In this document: positions 30,660 to 40,026 of the stretch, piece by piece
Position numbering within the stretch: position 1 is the first letter of the stretch
Layout: every line of letters starts with the position of its first letter
Source of the DNA: Coleofasciculus sp. B1-GNL1-01
GTDB taxonomy: Bacteria; Cyanobacteriota; Cyanobacteriia; Cyanobacteriales; Coleofasciculaceae
Length of the DNA: 64,000 nucleotides
Reading direction: 5' to 3' (one strand)
NCBI GenBank assembly: GCA_040220235.1
Contig: JAVJTO010000044.1
Program-made: the position numbers and the translations under genes
The notes under the pieces: model-generated
Seen by the model: only the letters and a program-made list of their open reading frames with translations
Told to the model about the DNA's origin: nothing
Databases searched by the model: none

Positions 30660-31046
30660 TCAACCTTTTGCGTCTTGCAACTGCTGCGGAACCCGAATTT
30701 CTGGTAAGGGTTCTAGGGGGGTGGAGACGGGGGAGTATTGGCAGTAGCAGATGACAATAGAGTCAAAATCAACGCCAGGGATTTTTGATTCATACTCCTC
30801 AACCCGGATTACTTGCCAATCTCCCACTCGGCTGTGGGTGCTAGCAGCCAAGAAATGTTCTTTGGCAAATTTTTCAATCCGATGGTACTCTCTAAGTCTG
30901 TAACCTGGGGTAGGAGAGGACTGACCAGAAGAGTCAAAGTGTTCGGCAAGAATATCGGTGATTGCGCCTGTATGTGCCAGTATCCTGTTTTCGGCTCCCT
31001 GCTCCTCACTCCAGTCTGCACGAAAGATGATGTACTTTCTACCCAT
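30660..31046 (-). CDS. Hypothetical protein (128 aa)
   Basis: GGAGG RBS within the end of the upstream gene; 3-nt gap to it. Confidence 0.75.
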   Translation of the reverse strand: MGRKYIIFRADWSEEQGAENRILAHTGAITDILAEHFDSSGQSSPTPGYRLREYHRIEKFAKEHFLAASTHSRVGDWQVIRVEEYESKIPGVDFDSIVICYCQYSPVSTPLEPLPEIRVPQQLQDAKG

Positions 31047-31049
31047 TGA

Positions 31050-31271
31050 TTAGTCCTCCATCATGTAATTCGGAAATTCGGTTTGACCCTCAAACACACA
31101 ATTGTATTTCAGGGTTTTGTCTCCAGTTGGCTCTATTCGCAGCAATGTCCACCTGTATTTCTCCTCCATTTCGTAGCACCGCTTGCGTTCGGCTACAGCG
31201 TGACGAGATTCGGGCTGTTCGTTGCGATTGGTTGGGTTACCAGCCGAAGGGCGATCGCTTGAATCCGTCAT
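31050..31271 (-). CDS. Small hypothetical protein (73 aa, MTDSSDRP...)
   Basis: The internal ATG at 31271 is more plausible than 31454, which overlaps the tpsA start; tightly coupled to the downstream ORF. Confidence 0.6.
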   Translation of the reverse strand: MTDSSDRPSAGNPTNRNEQPESRHAVAERKRCYEMEEKYRWTLLRIEPTGDKTLKYNCVFEGQTEFPNYMMED

Positions 31272-31442
31272 GATGTGATTCTCGTTTCCCGAAATATGAC
31301 CTGAAACTATGCTTATGTACCTGCTGGTCAGTATAATTGTACAATTATTCACCTGACTCCTCCTGTTTTTATTTTCGGAAAATTTTGATGGCATGAATTG
31401 CCGTGAGCGCTCAAGTGAGCTGTCCCAAAGGAGATAAAGCCC

Positions 31443-34400
31443 ATGATGACTCAACTTATGTACCGTGGATGCTGGATGTTAGGGCTAGCCAGTGGTTTAA
31501 CCCTAAGTGGGACAATCACTCTCATGGGGTTGTTCGCCAGTGCTTTTTGGGGAAAATGTGCTGTTGCTCAGATTACACCAGATACAAGTTTAGGGGCTGA
31601 GAGTTCTCGTGTCACGCCTGATGCTGAGGTGAAAGGGAAGCCAGCGGATTTGATTGAGGGGGGAGCAGCGCGAGGTGTCAATCTGTTTCACAGCTTTACT
31701 GAGTTCAATGTTGAGGAGTTACAACGGGTTTATTTTGCCAATCCAGCAGGGATTGAGACTATTCTGTCGCGGGTAACTGGGGCAAATCCCTCGAATATTT
31801 TGGGAACCTTGGGAGTTGATGGTGCTGCCAATCTATTTTTACTCAATCCCCATGGGATTTTGTTTGGGTCGAATGCTCAACTGGATGTTGAGGGTTCGTT
31901 TGTGGCAACTACTGCTCATTCTATAGGGTTTGAGGATGGCTCATCGTTTAGTGCAGCAAATCCAGAGGACTCATCGTTGTTAACGGTGAGTGTACCTTTG
32001 GGGTTGCAGTATGGGGCGAATCAAAGTGGAGAGATTGCCAATGCTGGAAATTTGGCAGTAGGGCAGGATTTGACGCTCTCGGCTGGAAATTTGGATTTAC
32101 AGGGTCAACTCTATGCTGGGGGAGATTTGACCCTGGAAGCGCAAGATACGGTGCGGATCAGGGATAGCGTGGATGCACCTTTTATGGCAGCAGCGAGAGG
32201 ACAGTTGTGGGTGCAGGGGAATCAAGGGGTGGATATTTTTGCCCTCAATCATCCCGATAGTGGGTTGTTTTCTGGTGGGAATATGGTGCTGCGAAGTGCG
32301 GCTCAAGTGGGGGGAGATGCTCACTATTGGAGTGGGGGCAGTTTTCGCATAGAGCGGTTGGATGGGAGTTTGGGGGATTTGGAGAGTCTCAATGACCCGG
32401 TGATTCGGACGATGGGAGATGTGTTGATTGGTGCTTACCAGGGAAGTTCTCTGCATATTGTAGCTGGGGGTAAGGTGGAGATTCCTGGCTTTGTCTTTAT
32501 TACTGGGGCAGACCCCACCAATGGTTTACAGGAAACTGTTACCTTATCGGATGGCACGACTATAAATATTGACGGTAGAAGCGAACCGACGTTGGATATT
32601 CGGGCGGGAGTAGACCCAAGTGCGATCGGAGTTCCATTTTTCTCTGGAACTGGTAATGATTTTTTCTTCCCTCCTTTAGATTTTCCGAATACCCCAACCA
32701 GTGCAGACATCACTATCGGCGATATCTTGGTCTTTGACCTCACCGATGGGGGCAAAGTTTTGTTGACGAATCAGTATCAGCCGAACTTAGCACTAGACAC
32801 CCCCAACGGTATTACTGTTGGCTCGATTGACGCAAGAGATATTTTTGGCGGGGGTTCTGTCTTTATTGATTCTCGCAGCAGTATTACTCTTAATGGCACA
32901 GTTAGTGCCTCTGCCTTTGAGCTTTCTGATACTTACTTTGGCGATGGTGGCGATGTCAGGCTAAAGGCTGAGGGTGATATTACTCTCAATCGGGGGGCTA
33001 ATGTCTTTTCCAGTGGTTTATTGGGAGGGAATATCACCTTCAACAGCGAGGGGGACATTTCTATTGCAGAAAGTGTGGGGACCGCGAGCTTTACCAATGT
33101 AGCGGGTGTTACAGGGGGTGAGATTCAGGTGACGGCTAAGTCCCTCTTCTTGACCGAGGGGGCGACACTAGGTACCCTTACCTTTGGGGCTGGGAATGCG
33201 GGTGTGGTGAAGATTACCACGACTAATTCAGTGCGCTTGGATGGGCAATCGAGCGATGGATCTGCCAGTGGTGTCTTCAGTCAGGTGCTTCCTGGAGCTG
33301 AGGGGAACTCGGAAGGGATTGAGCTGACCACTGCCTCCTTGGAACTAACTAATGGCGCTCAAGTGAGTGCTTCTACCTTCGGGGTTGGGGATGCGGGTGC
33401 AGTTAAAATTACCGCTACCGATTCGGTGCGCTTGGATGGGGAATCGAGTGATGGAATTATCAGCAGTGGTATATTCAGTCAGGTGGCTCCTGGAGCTGAG
33501 GGGAACTCTGGGGGGATTGAGCTGACAACTGTCTCCTTGGAACTGACTAATGGTGCTCGAGTGAGTGCCTCTACTCTTGGGGTTGGGGATGCGGGTGCAG
33601 TTAAAATTACCGCCACTGATTCGGTACGCTTGGATGGGGAAAAAAGCAATGGATTTTCCAGTCGTGTAGTCAGCCAGGTAACTTCTGGAGCTGAGGGGAA
33701 TTCTGGGGGAATTGAACTAACAACTGCCTCCTTAGAACTGACCAATGGCGCTCAAGTGAGTGCTTCTACCTTCGGGGTTGGGGATGCGGGTGTAGTTAAA
33801 ATTACCGCCACTGATTCAGTGCGCTTGGATGGGGAACCAAGCGATGGAATTCCCAGTGGTGTATTCAGTCAGGTGGTTTCGGGAGCCGAGGGGAACTCTG
33901 GGGGAATTGAGCTGACAACTGCCTCCTTGGAACTGACCAATGGTGCTCAAGTGAATGCCTCTACTGGCGGAGTTGGAGATGCGGGTGCGGTGAAGATTAC
34001 CGCTACCGATTCGGTGCGCTTGGATGGGCAAGACAGCGATGGATTTACCAGTAATATATCCAACCAGGTGATTCCTGGAGCTGAGGGGAACTCTGGGGGA
34101 ATTGAACTAACAACTGCCTCCTTGGAACTGACTAATGGTGCTCAAATGAGTGCTTCTACCTTCGGGGTTGGGGATGCGGGTGCGGTGAAGATTACCGCTA
34201 CCGATTCGGTGCACTTGGATGGGGAATCAAGCGATGGATTTCCCAGTAATATATCCAACCAGGTGGCTCCTGGAGCTGAGGGGAACTCTGGGGGAATTGA
34301 ACTAACAACTGCCTCCTTGGAACTGACTAATGGTGCTCAAATGAGTGCTTCTACTCTTGGGGTTGGGGATGCGGGTGCAGTTAAAATTACCGCTACCGAT

Positions 34401-35840
34401 TCGGTGCGCTTGGATGGGGAAGACAGCGATGGATTTTCCAGTCGTGTATCTAGTACGGTGGAGCCGGGAGCTGAGGGGAATTCGGAGGGGATTGAACTAA
34501 CAACTGCCTCCTTAGAACTGACCAATGGTGCTGGAGTGGCTGCCTCTACCTTCGGGTTGGGGAATGCGGGTGCAGTTAAAATTACCGCCACTGATTCCGT
34601 CCGATTGGATGGAGAATCAAGCGATGGAATTCCCAGTGGTGTATTTAGTACAGTGGAGCCGGGAGCTAAGGGGAATTCGGAGGGGATTGAACTAACAACT
34701 GCCTCCCTGGAACTCACCAATGGCGCTGTAGTGGATGCCTCTACCGATGGGGTTGGGAATGCGGGTGCGGTGAAAATTACCGCCACTGATTCGGTGCGGC
34801 TGGATGGGGAATCGAGCGATGGAATTATCAGCAGTGGTGTCTTCAGCGCGGTGGCTCCTGGAGCTGAGGGGAATTCAAAAGGGATTGAGCTAACAACCCC
34901 TTCCCTAGAACTGACCAATGGTGCTCAAGTGAATGCCAGTACCTTTGGAGGAGGAAATGCTGGTGATATCTCGGTGCGAGATGCTCAATCGGTCTTCCTA
35001 GACAACAATAGCTCTATTTCCACGGCGGTCAACCCTGATGCCAAAGGCATTGGTGGCGATATTGATATCCAAACCGACTCCCTTTCCCTGGAAAATAATT
35101 CCCAGATATCGGCTCAGAGTCAAGGACAAAGCAGAGCTGGCAACATTACCCTCAAAGTCTCAGACACCTTAACCGCGACTGACAGCGATATTATTACCGC
35201 CACCACGCAATCTGCTGGAGGCGCTATCGACATCACAGCTCAAGACATTCGTCTGCGCGGTGACAGTGACATCACTACCAGTGTCTTCAGTGGTGCCGAC
35301 AATGGTGGTAATATCACCATCACCACCGACTCCCTGATTGCCTTCGCTGACAGCGACATCCTCGCCTTTGCCCGTGATGGTCGAGGCGGCGATATTACCT
35401 TCAAGACCCCTGTTTTCTTCGGCTTTGCCTTCCGTCCAGCCCCCAAAGGCACCGACCCAGCTACTTTAGATAATAATAATCGAGTTGATATCAATGCCAG
35501 TGGAGCAGTCGATGGAGTCATCACCTTACCCAACCTTGACTTTATCCAAAACAGCCTGACTGAGTTACCCGAAAATCTAATTGATACCGACAATCTGCTT
35601 GCCAATAGCTGCATTGTCCGAAGCGATGAACAAGAGGGAACATTCATCATAACGGGTGCTGGGAACTTACCCACCCGTCCTGGTGACGCTTCAGCCTTAC
35701 CTTATCCCACTGGAGAGGTACGCGCTGTACCGAGTGAGAGTTCCTCTCGTCCTTGGCAGAAGGGGGACCCAATTGTAGAACCAACTGGGGTGTATCAACT
35801 GCCAAATGGACAGTTAGTGATGGCGCGGGAGTGTTCGTGA
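31443..35840 (+). CDS. Filamentous haemagglutinin-family TpsA exoprotein
   Basis: Signal peptide (AVA|QITPD), TPS domain (NLFHSF, NPHGI), beta-helical G-x-A/S-G repeats and a cyanobacterial-type C-terminal domain. Confidence 0.92.
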   Translation: MMTQLMYRGCWMLGLASGLTLSGTITLMGLFASAFWGKCAVAQITPDTSLGAESSRVTPDAEVKGKPADLIEGGAARGVNLFHSFTEFNVEELQRVYFANPAGIETILSRVTGANPSNILGTLGVDGAANLFLLNPHGILFGSNAQLDVEGSFVATTAHSIGFEDGSSFSAANPEDSSLLTVSVPLGLQYGANQSGEIANAGNLAVGQDLTLSAGNLDLQGQLYAGGDLTLEAQDTVRIRDSVDAPFMAAARGQLWVQGNQGVDIFALNHPDSGLFSGGNMVLRSAAQVGGDAHYWSGGSFRIERLDGSLGDLESLNDPVIRTMGDVLIGAYQGSSLHIVAGGKVEIPGFVFITGADPTNGLQETVTLSDGTTINIDGRSEPTLDIRAGVDPSAIGVPFFSGTGNDFFFPPLDFPNTPTSADITIGDILVFDLTDGGKVLLTNQYQPNLALDTPNGITVGSIDARDIFGGGSVFIDSRSSITLNGTVSASAFELSDTYFGDGGDVRLKAEGDITLNRGANVFSSGLLGGNITFNSEGDISIAESVGTASFTNVAGVTGGEIQVTAKSLFLTEGATLGTLTFGAGNAGVVKITTTNSVRLDGQSSDGSASGVFSQVLPGAEGNSEGIELTTASLELTNGAQVSASTFGVGDAGAVKITATDSVRLDGESSDGIISSGIFSQVAPGAEGNSGGIELTTVSLELTNGARVSASTLGVGDAGAVKITATDSVRLDGEKSNGFSSRVVSQVTSGAEGNSGGIELTTASLELTNGAQVSASTFGVGDAGVVKITATDSVRLDGEPSDGIPSGVFSQVVSGAEGNSGGIELTTASLELTNGAQVNASTGGVGDAGAVKITATDSVRLDGQDSDGFTSNISNQVIPGAEGNSGGIELTTASLELTNGAQMSASTFGVGDAGAVKITATDSVHLDGESSDGFPSNISNQVAPGAEGNSGGIELTTASLELTNGAQMSASTLGVGDAGAVKITATDSVRLDGEDSDGFSSRVSSTVEPGAEGNSEGIELTTASLELTNGAGVAASTFGLGNAGAVKITATDSVRLDGESSDGIPSGVFSTVEPGAKGNSEGIELTTASLELTNGAVVDASTDGVGNAGAVKITATDSVRLDGESSDGIISSGVFSAVAPGAEGNSKGIELTTPSLELTNGAQVNASTFGGGNAGDISVRDAQSVFLDNNSSISTAVNPDAKGIGGDIDIQTDSLSLENNSQISAQSQGQSRAGNITLKVSDTLTATDSDIITATTQSAGGAIDITAQDIRLRGDSDITTSVFSGADNGGNITITTDSLIAFADSDILAFARDGRGGDITFKTPVFFGFAFRPAPKGTDPATLDNNNRVDINASGAVDGVITLPNLDFIQNSLTELPENLIDTDNLLANSCIVRSDEQEGTFIITGAGNLPTRPGDASALPYPTGEVRAVPSESSSRPWQKGDPIVEPTGVYQLPNGQLVMARECS
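33192..34952 (+). repeat. Nine intragenic tandem repeats of 195-198 bp (65-66 aa)
   Basis: G[ND]AG.VKIT.TDSVRLDG...GAEGNS.GIELTT.SLELTNGA...AST.G. repeated nine times. Confidence 0.95.
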
Positions 35841-35907
35841 AGTACCCCAACTTGCGAGAGCTCTTATTTGGGGCTTCCAACCCTCTTGAGCATCGTGCCT
35901 TAGAAGG

Positions 35908-36035
35908 TAAGCTGTCATGCATTTAAATTGGGAATGGGTAGCGAGCAAGATGCAAAGCCTGCGGCATGGCTTCGCTAAACGCACTACAAGGATTTTGCCA
36001 TTCTTGACATTAAGGTTTAAATGCCGAACAGCTTA
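35908..36035 (+). mobile_element. MITE family A, copy 2
   Basis: 128 bp including flanking TA; near-identical to 1868-1995. Confidence 0.85.
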
Positions 36036-36044
36036 GACCGTTAA

Positions 36045-36300
36045 TTGACACTCTCCCGGTTAAAACGCGGGAGATTCTTGAGCTAATCATTGCCCTTTCA
36101 AGTCACCCTTCGACTAAGCTCAGGGTTAACCTCTAATTAGGTCTTACACAATTATGTCCTACCCGAAGTCAACTCGAATATCACTTAATATCTAGAACCC
36201 CTCTTTTTGGGTAGCTCTCCAAGCTTTTACCTAAATTAATTAGGAAGTTTCCCTATGCCCTACTTCATCCGAGGGATGAATCACGAGGGAACCTGCACCA
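36045..36300 (-). mobile_element. IS200/IS605 (TnpB-type) right-end remnant / omega-RNA region
   Basis: The minus strand ends AAGAATCTCCCGCGTTTTAACCGGGAGAGTGTCAA (subterminal hairpin plus TCAA), preceded by GTAGGGCAT... and TGTGTAAGACCT segments. No tnpB ORF is present. Confidence 0.6.
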
Positions 36301-36316
36301 TCGCTAATTCTGTAAC

Positions 36317-36511
36317 TAGGGCTGGCTGCACAAGTCGAAAACCCTTATATTTGAAGGACCTTCAGGAGTTTTCCGGCTGAGGGAGTGCAAGAAAATAAGA
36401 TAGGATTTGTGAAAAACCTAGCATCATAGCGAGCGAGACGCTCGCACTACCGTTTTGTTCTTTCCTCCTGAACTCCTACTCCCTACTCAAATACTTATTC
36501 AGCAGACCCTA
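36317..36511. mobile_element. Putative MITE with imperfect 17-bp inverted ends, TA-flanked
   Basis: GGGCTGGCTGCACAAGT versus reverse complement GGGTCTGCTGAATAAGT (12/17); internal GCGAGCGAGACGCTCGC palindrome. Confidence 0.45.
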
Positions 36512-36976
36512 ACTATTGTACCTACCTCCTTTTCCGGATGTTTCTAACGCGGCTACTCCCATCTTGTTGTAGGAAGAAATCACTGTATGAACTGTCCCTA
36601 CTGATAAGCTGTTCGACATTTAAACCTTAATGTCAATAATGACGAAATCCTTGCCGTAGTGCGAGCATCTTGCTCGCTACATTGAGCATCTTGCTTGCTA
36701 CATTGAGCATCTTGCTCGCTACATTGAGCATCTTGCTCGCTACATTGAGCATCTTGCTCGCTACATTGAGCATCTTGTTCGTTACTAATACCCAATTTAA
36801 ATGCATAACAGCTTACCCCTATTTGTTTAGCGATAAGAGCAGCCGTTCTAGGGTCAACCAACCCATTGTAAACAATTAGCCACTTTTTTCTGAGCCAATA
36901 ACTCTCTTGTGATTTCAGCTTGTGTTCCACATCTTCCACGCTCAGATGGGGGGGTTGCCCTACTTACTCTACTCAT
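36510..36976 (-). pseudogene. IS630-family transposase N-terminal HTH fragment (frameshifted, interrupted, truncated)
   Basis: Correcting the G7 run by one base and removing the MITE gives MSRVSRATPHLSVEDVEHKLKSQESYWLRKKWLIVYNGLVDPRTAALIAKQIGVSVGTVHTVISSYNKMGVAALETSGKGGR. Confidence 0.75.
36605..36815 (-). mobile_element. MITE family A, copy 3 (inverted), with a 21-bp tandem expansion
   Basis: Similar ends (TAAGCTGTTCGACATTTAAA and TTTAAATGCATAACAGCTTA). GAGCATCTTGCTCGCTACATT-type unit x5 plus one degenerate unit at 36663-36785. TA duplicated. Confidence 0.85.
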
Positions 36977-37016
36977 AATTCTACCTTATACATAACTCTC
37001 CGTTCTAGACTCTACC

Positions 37017-37105
37017 AGGACTTACGCAGCCACGCCATATACATAGGTTAAGGTGCGTTACGCTTCGCTAACACACCCTACACATAGAGGCTTTGCGTAA
37101 GTCCT
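37017..37105. mobile_element. Short element with perfect 12-bp inverted ends AGGACTTACGCA / TGCGTAAGTCCT
   Basis: Read directly; internal GGTGCGTTACGCTTCGCTAACACACC hairpin. Confidence 0.65.
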
Positions 37106-37382
37106 ATCTACATTAGACGGCAACTTGGCATAAACCCTCTTCCCTCCTGCCTTGGAGCCTCTTTCCCCACCACAAGACTCCCTACAGCAGACCCCACTTA
37201 TGTAGTTTTCAGCAATCTTACTGTAGTTTTCAGCAATCTGATTGACTCAATCGTGCAAAGAGCCTTGTTTGTCCATACTATCAAACTGGTAGATATGGTG
37301 AATGCATTATATAAGTCCTACTTTTATTCTAAAAATTAGCGTATTTACGCAACAGGATAACAATGACGATTTGGAGATAATC

Positions 37383-39431
37383 ATGGCACATTCTAATCCC
37401 TATATCGACGGTATTCTCTGGGGAGGAAATAAACTTAATGACAACACAATCACCTACTCCTTCTGGAGTGATGCTTCCCTAGATGATGATTACTACAATG
37501 AGGATACCATTAATACACCTTGGTTCGACTATGAAGAGGCGGCAATGCAGCAAGCCTTGACCACTTGGTCTAATGTCGCCAATATTAACTTTGTCCAAAC
37601 CGCCGACAATGATGCTAATGCCGATTTTGGATTTCTTTTAGTCAACAATTTTGAGGCTAACTACTTAGGAGCATTCTCTCCCCCAGGTACCTTTGGAGAA
37701 GGAATTGGTTACTTTAACTGGCAAGGAACAGGTTGGGATGCAGAAGGTTTGCAACAAGGAGGCTTCGGATTTATTACCCTAATTCATGAGCTAGGGCATG
37801 GTTTGGGATTAGCCCATCCTCACGATACAGGGGGGGGTTCCAGTATCTATCCTGGGGTTTCTTCTCCTTGGGATACGGGAGATTACGGTCTCAACCAGGG
37901 TGTTTGGACAACGATGACTTACAACGATGGTTTAGATACCAACGACTATACCGGAATTACGGATTATGGCTATCAAGGTGGTCCTATGGCTTTCGATATT
38001 GCCGCAATTCAATATCTCTATGGGGCAAATATGTCCTACAAGACTGGCAATGATACCTACGTCTTACCGACTAGCAATACCTCCGGCACATTCTACTCCA
38101 GCATTTGGGATGCAGGCGGCATTGATACAATTTCAGCGGCTACTGCCACCGCTGATGCTACTATCAATCTCAATGATGCGCCACTAGTCGGACCCAATGC
38201 AGGTGGTTACCTATCTGCCGTTGAAGGCATCTATGGCGGTTTCACTATCGCCAATGGTGTGGTGATTGAAAACGCGATTGGTGGTGCTGGCGACGATACC
38301 ATCATCGGTAATGAGGCAGACAACGATCTCTCTGGTGGTGCTGGCAACGATTATCTTGATGGCTGGACTGGGGATGATAACCTGTATGGTAGTTCGGGTC
38401 ACGACACCCTTTTGGGTTACTCTGGGGACGATTACTTAAGTGGCGGTTCGGGCAACGATAACTTATACGGTGAAGCTGGCAACGATTATCTTGATGGCTG
38501 GACTGGCAACGATAACCTGTATGGTAGTTCGGGTAACGACACCCTTTTAGGTTACTCTGGGGACGATTACTTAAATGGTGGTTCTGGCAACGATAACCTA
38601 TACGGTGAAGCTGACAACGATTATCTCAATGGCTGGACTGGGGATGACAACCTGTATGGCGGTTCGGGTAATGACACCCTTTTAGGTTCCTCTGGGGATG
38701 ATTACTTAGATGGCGGTTCTGGCAACGATAACCTATACGGTGAAGCTGACAACGATTATCTCGATGGTTGGACTGGGGATGACAACCTGTATGGCGGTTC
38801 GGGTAATGACACCCTTTTAGGTTCCTCTGGGGACGATTACTTAAGTGGCGGTTCGGGTAACGATAACCTATACGGTGAAGCTGACAACGATTATCTTGAT
38901 GGCTGGACTGGGGATGACAACCTGTATGGCGGTTCAGGTAACGACACCCTTTTAGGTTACTCTGGGGACGATGACTTAGATGGCGGTTCTGGCAACGATA
39001 ACCTATACGGTGAATCTGGCAATGATACATTACTTGGCGGAACGGGAACCGATATATTAGTGGGCGGTTCCGGTAATGACAGCCTCAATGCCTATGGTGG
39101 CAATACGGGAGAATACGATATCCTAAGCGGAGACTACAGTTCATCCCAACCCGGCGTTACAGGTGCTTCTGATGGAGCGGATACATTTGTTTTAGGAGAT
39201 ACCTCTGGGGCGTTCTATCTAGGCTTGGGATATGCTACAGTCACAGACTTCTACTGGGCTGAGGGAGATATGTTCCAGGCTTATGGTAGCCAGAGTGACT
39301 ACTCCCTGGGCTTCCAAAACTGGTCTGGCAGCAGTGCGACCGATACCTTAGTCTACTATCAGAGCGATCTGATCGCTGTGGTACAAGACACTACCAATGT
39401 TATTGTCTCTTGGGACTTTACGTTTGTTTAA
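37383..39431 (+). CDS. M10B (serralysin-like) zinc metalloprotease with RTX Ca-binding repeats
   Basis: [13 protein letters not shown] (HEXXHXXGXXH), Met-turn [22 protein letters not shown] and many GGXGXD-type nonamers. The ATG at 37383 has a GGAG RBS (the ORF track start is 37302). Confidence 0.93.
   Translation: MAHSNPYIDGILWGGNKLNDNTITYSFWSDASLDDDYYNEDTINTPWFDYEEAAMQQALTTWSNVANINFVQTADNDANADFGFLLVNNFEANYLGAFSPPGTFGEGIGYFNWQGTGWDAEGLQQGGFGFITLIHELGHGLGLAHPHDTGGGSSIYPGVSSPWDTGDYGLNQGVWTTMTYNDGLDTNDYTGITDYGYQGGPMAFDIAAIQYLYGANMSYKTGNDTYVLPTSNTSGTFYSSIWDAGGIDTISAATATADATINLNDAPLVGPNAGGYLSAVEGIYGGFTIANGVVIENAIGGAGDDTIIGNEADNDLSGGAGNDYLDGWTGDDNLYGSSGHDTLLGYSGDDYLSGGSGNDNLYGEAGNDYLDGWTGNDNLYGSSGNDTLLGYSGDDYLNGGSGNDNLYGEADNDYLNGWTGDDNLYGGSGNDTLLGSSGDDYLDGGSGNDNLYGEADNDYLDGWTGDDNLYGGSGNDTLLGSSGDDYLSGGSGNDNLYGEADNDYLDGWTGDDNLYGGSGNDTLLGYSGDDDLDGGSGNDNLYGESGNDTLLGGTGTDILVGGSGNDSLNAYGGNTGEYDILSGDYSSSQPGVTGASDGADTFVLGDTSGAFYLGLGYATVTDFYWAEGDMFQAYGSQSDYSLGFQNWSGSSATDTLVYYQSDLIAVVQDTTNVIVSWDFTFV
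38343..39017 (+). repeat. Five higher-order 135-bp repeats (5 nonapeptides each)
   Basis: [GD][36 protein letters not shown]. repeated five times. Confidence 0.95.
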
Positions 39432-39498
39432 GACTCAGATCGTCGATTGCATTCTTAATGCGCTAAAGGCATAAGTTTATCTCGATCAGCCGTTAGCT

Positions 39499-39521
39499 AG
39501 CCCAGTTGAAACTGGGCTTTT
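39499..39521 (+). terminator. Hairpin with short U-tract
   Basis: AGCCCAGTT-GA-AACTGGGCT-TTT downstream of the protease gene. Confidence 0.45.
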
Positions 39522-39523
39522 GA

Positions 39524-39922
39524 ATGATGACCAATCCACTTAAGCGCTATCACTCGAAGTTTGCGCCAGTTGTTTTTTTACTCTTCTGTACGGGCGTAGC
39601 GATTCTCCCAATTCGACCGACTTATGCCTGTTCTTGCGTGCGTCCACCTGACTCGGAACAGGCTCTAGCAGACGCTACGGTTGTTTTTTCAGGGCAAGTT
39701 ACGAACATCCAACGGGTCAATGGACGACTAAGCGTCACCTTTGGCGTTGACGAACAATGGAAAGGGAAGCCAGCTCAACGCCTGGTTATTCAAACGGCTG
39801 CGACAACTGCTATGTGTGGATACCCCTTTGAAGTCGGTCAGACCTATCTTGTCTATGCCAACCATCGACGAGGCAGGCTCCAAACCAATCAATGTTCTCG
39901 CACTACCTTAGTTTCCCCCTAA
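39524..39922 (+). CDS. TIMP-like (NTR/N-TIMP fold) secreted protein
   Basis: Signal peptide ending TYA|, mature CSCVRPP, VVFSGQV, WKG, AMCGYPF, YLVY and QCSRT; Cys spacing resembles N-TIMP. Confidence 0.8.
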   Translation: MMTNPLKRYHSKFAPVVFLLFCTGVAILPIRPTYACSCVRPPDSEQALADATVVFSGQVTNIQRVNGRLSVTFGVDEQWKGKPAQRLVIQTAATTAMCGYPFEVGQTYLVYANHRRGRLQTNQCSRTTLVSP

Positions 39923-40026
39923 AAGGACTCCTCTCAAATTGCCTAATTCAAGTTCCCATCTTAGAGACAGTTTCTTTAGGGAAATCACTGACTAGAGTTT
40001 TGTAAATAAGCCTCAAACTCTGACAA

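Noticed and set aside
31272..31454. N-terminal extension of the 134-aa ORF 31050-31454
   Set aside because: Overlaps the tpsA start and spans the divergent promoter region; the ATG at 31271 is more plausible.
33192..34952. TpsA repeats as a diversity-generating retroelement TR/VR
   Set aside because: No reverse transcriptase in the window; the repeats are tandem and coding, and differences are not visibly adenine-specific.
32097..35674. Antisense ORFs within tpsA (also 38626-39030 within the RTX gene)
   Set aside because: Shadow ORFs caused by repetitive, biased coding on the other strand.
36663..36785. 21-bp repeats as a CRISPR array
   Set aside because: Units are head-to-tail with no unique spacers, lie inside a MITE, and no cas genes are present.
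36598..36939. 113-aa ORF with CSEQDAQ repeats (and antisense 36670-36879) as a real repeat protein
   Set aside because: Chimera of an IS630 fragment reading into the MITE tandem repeat.
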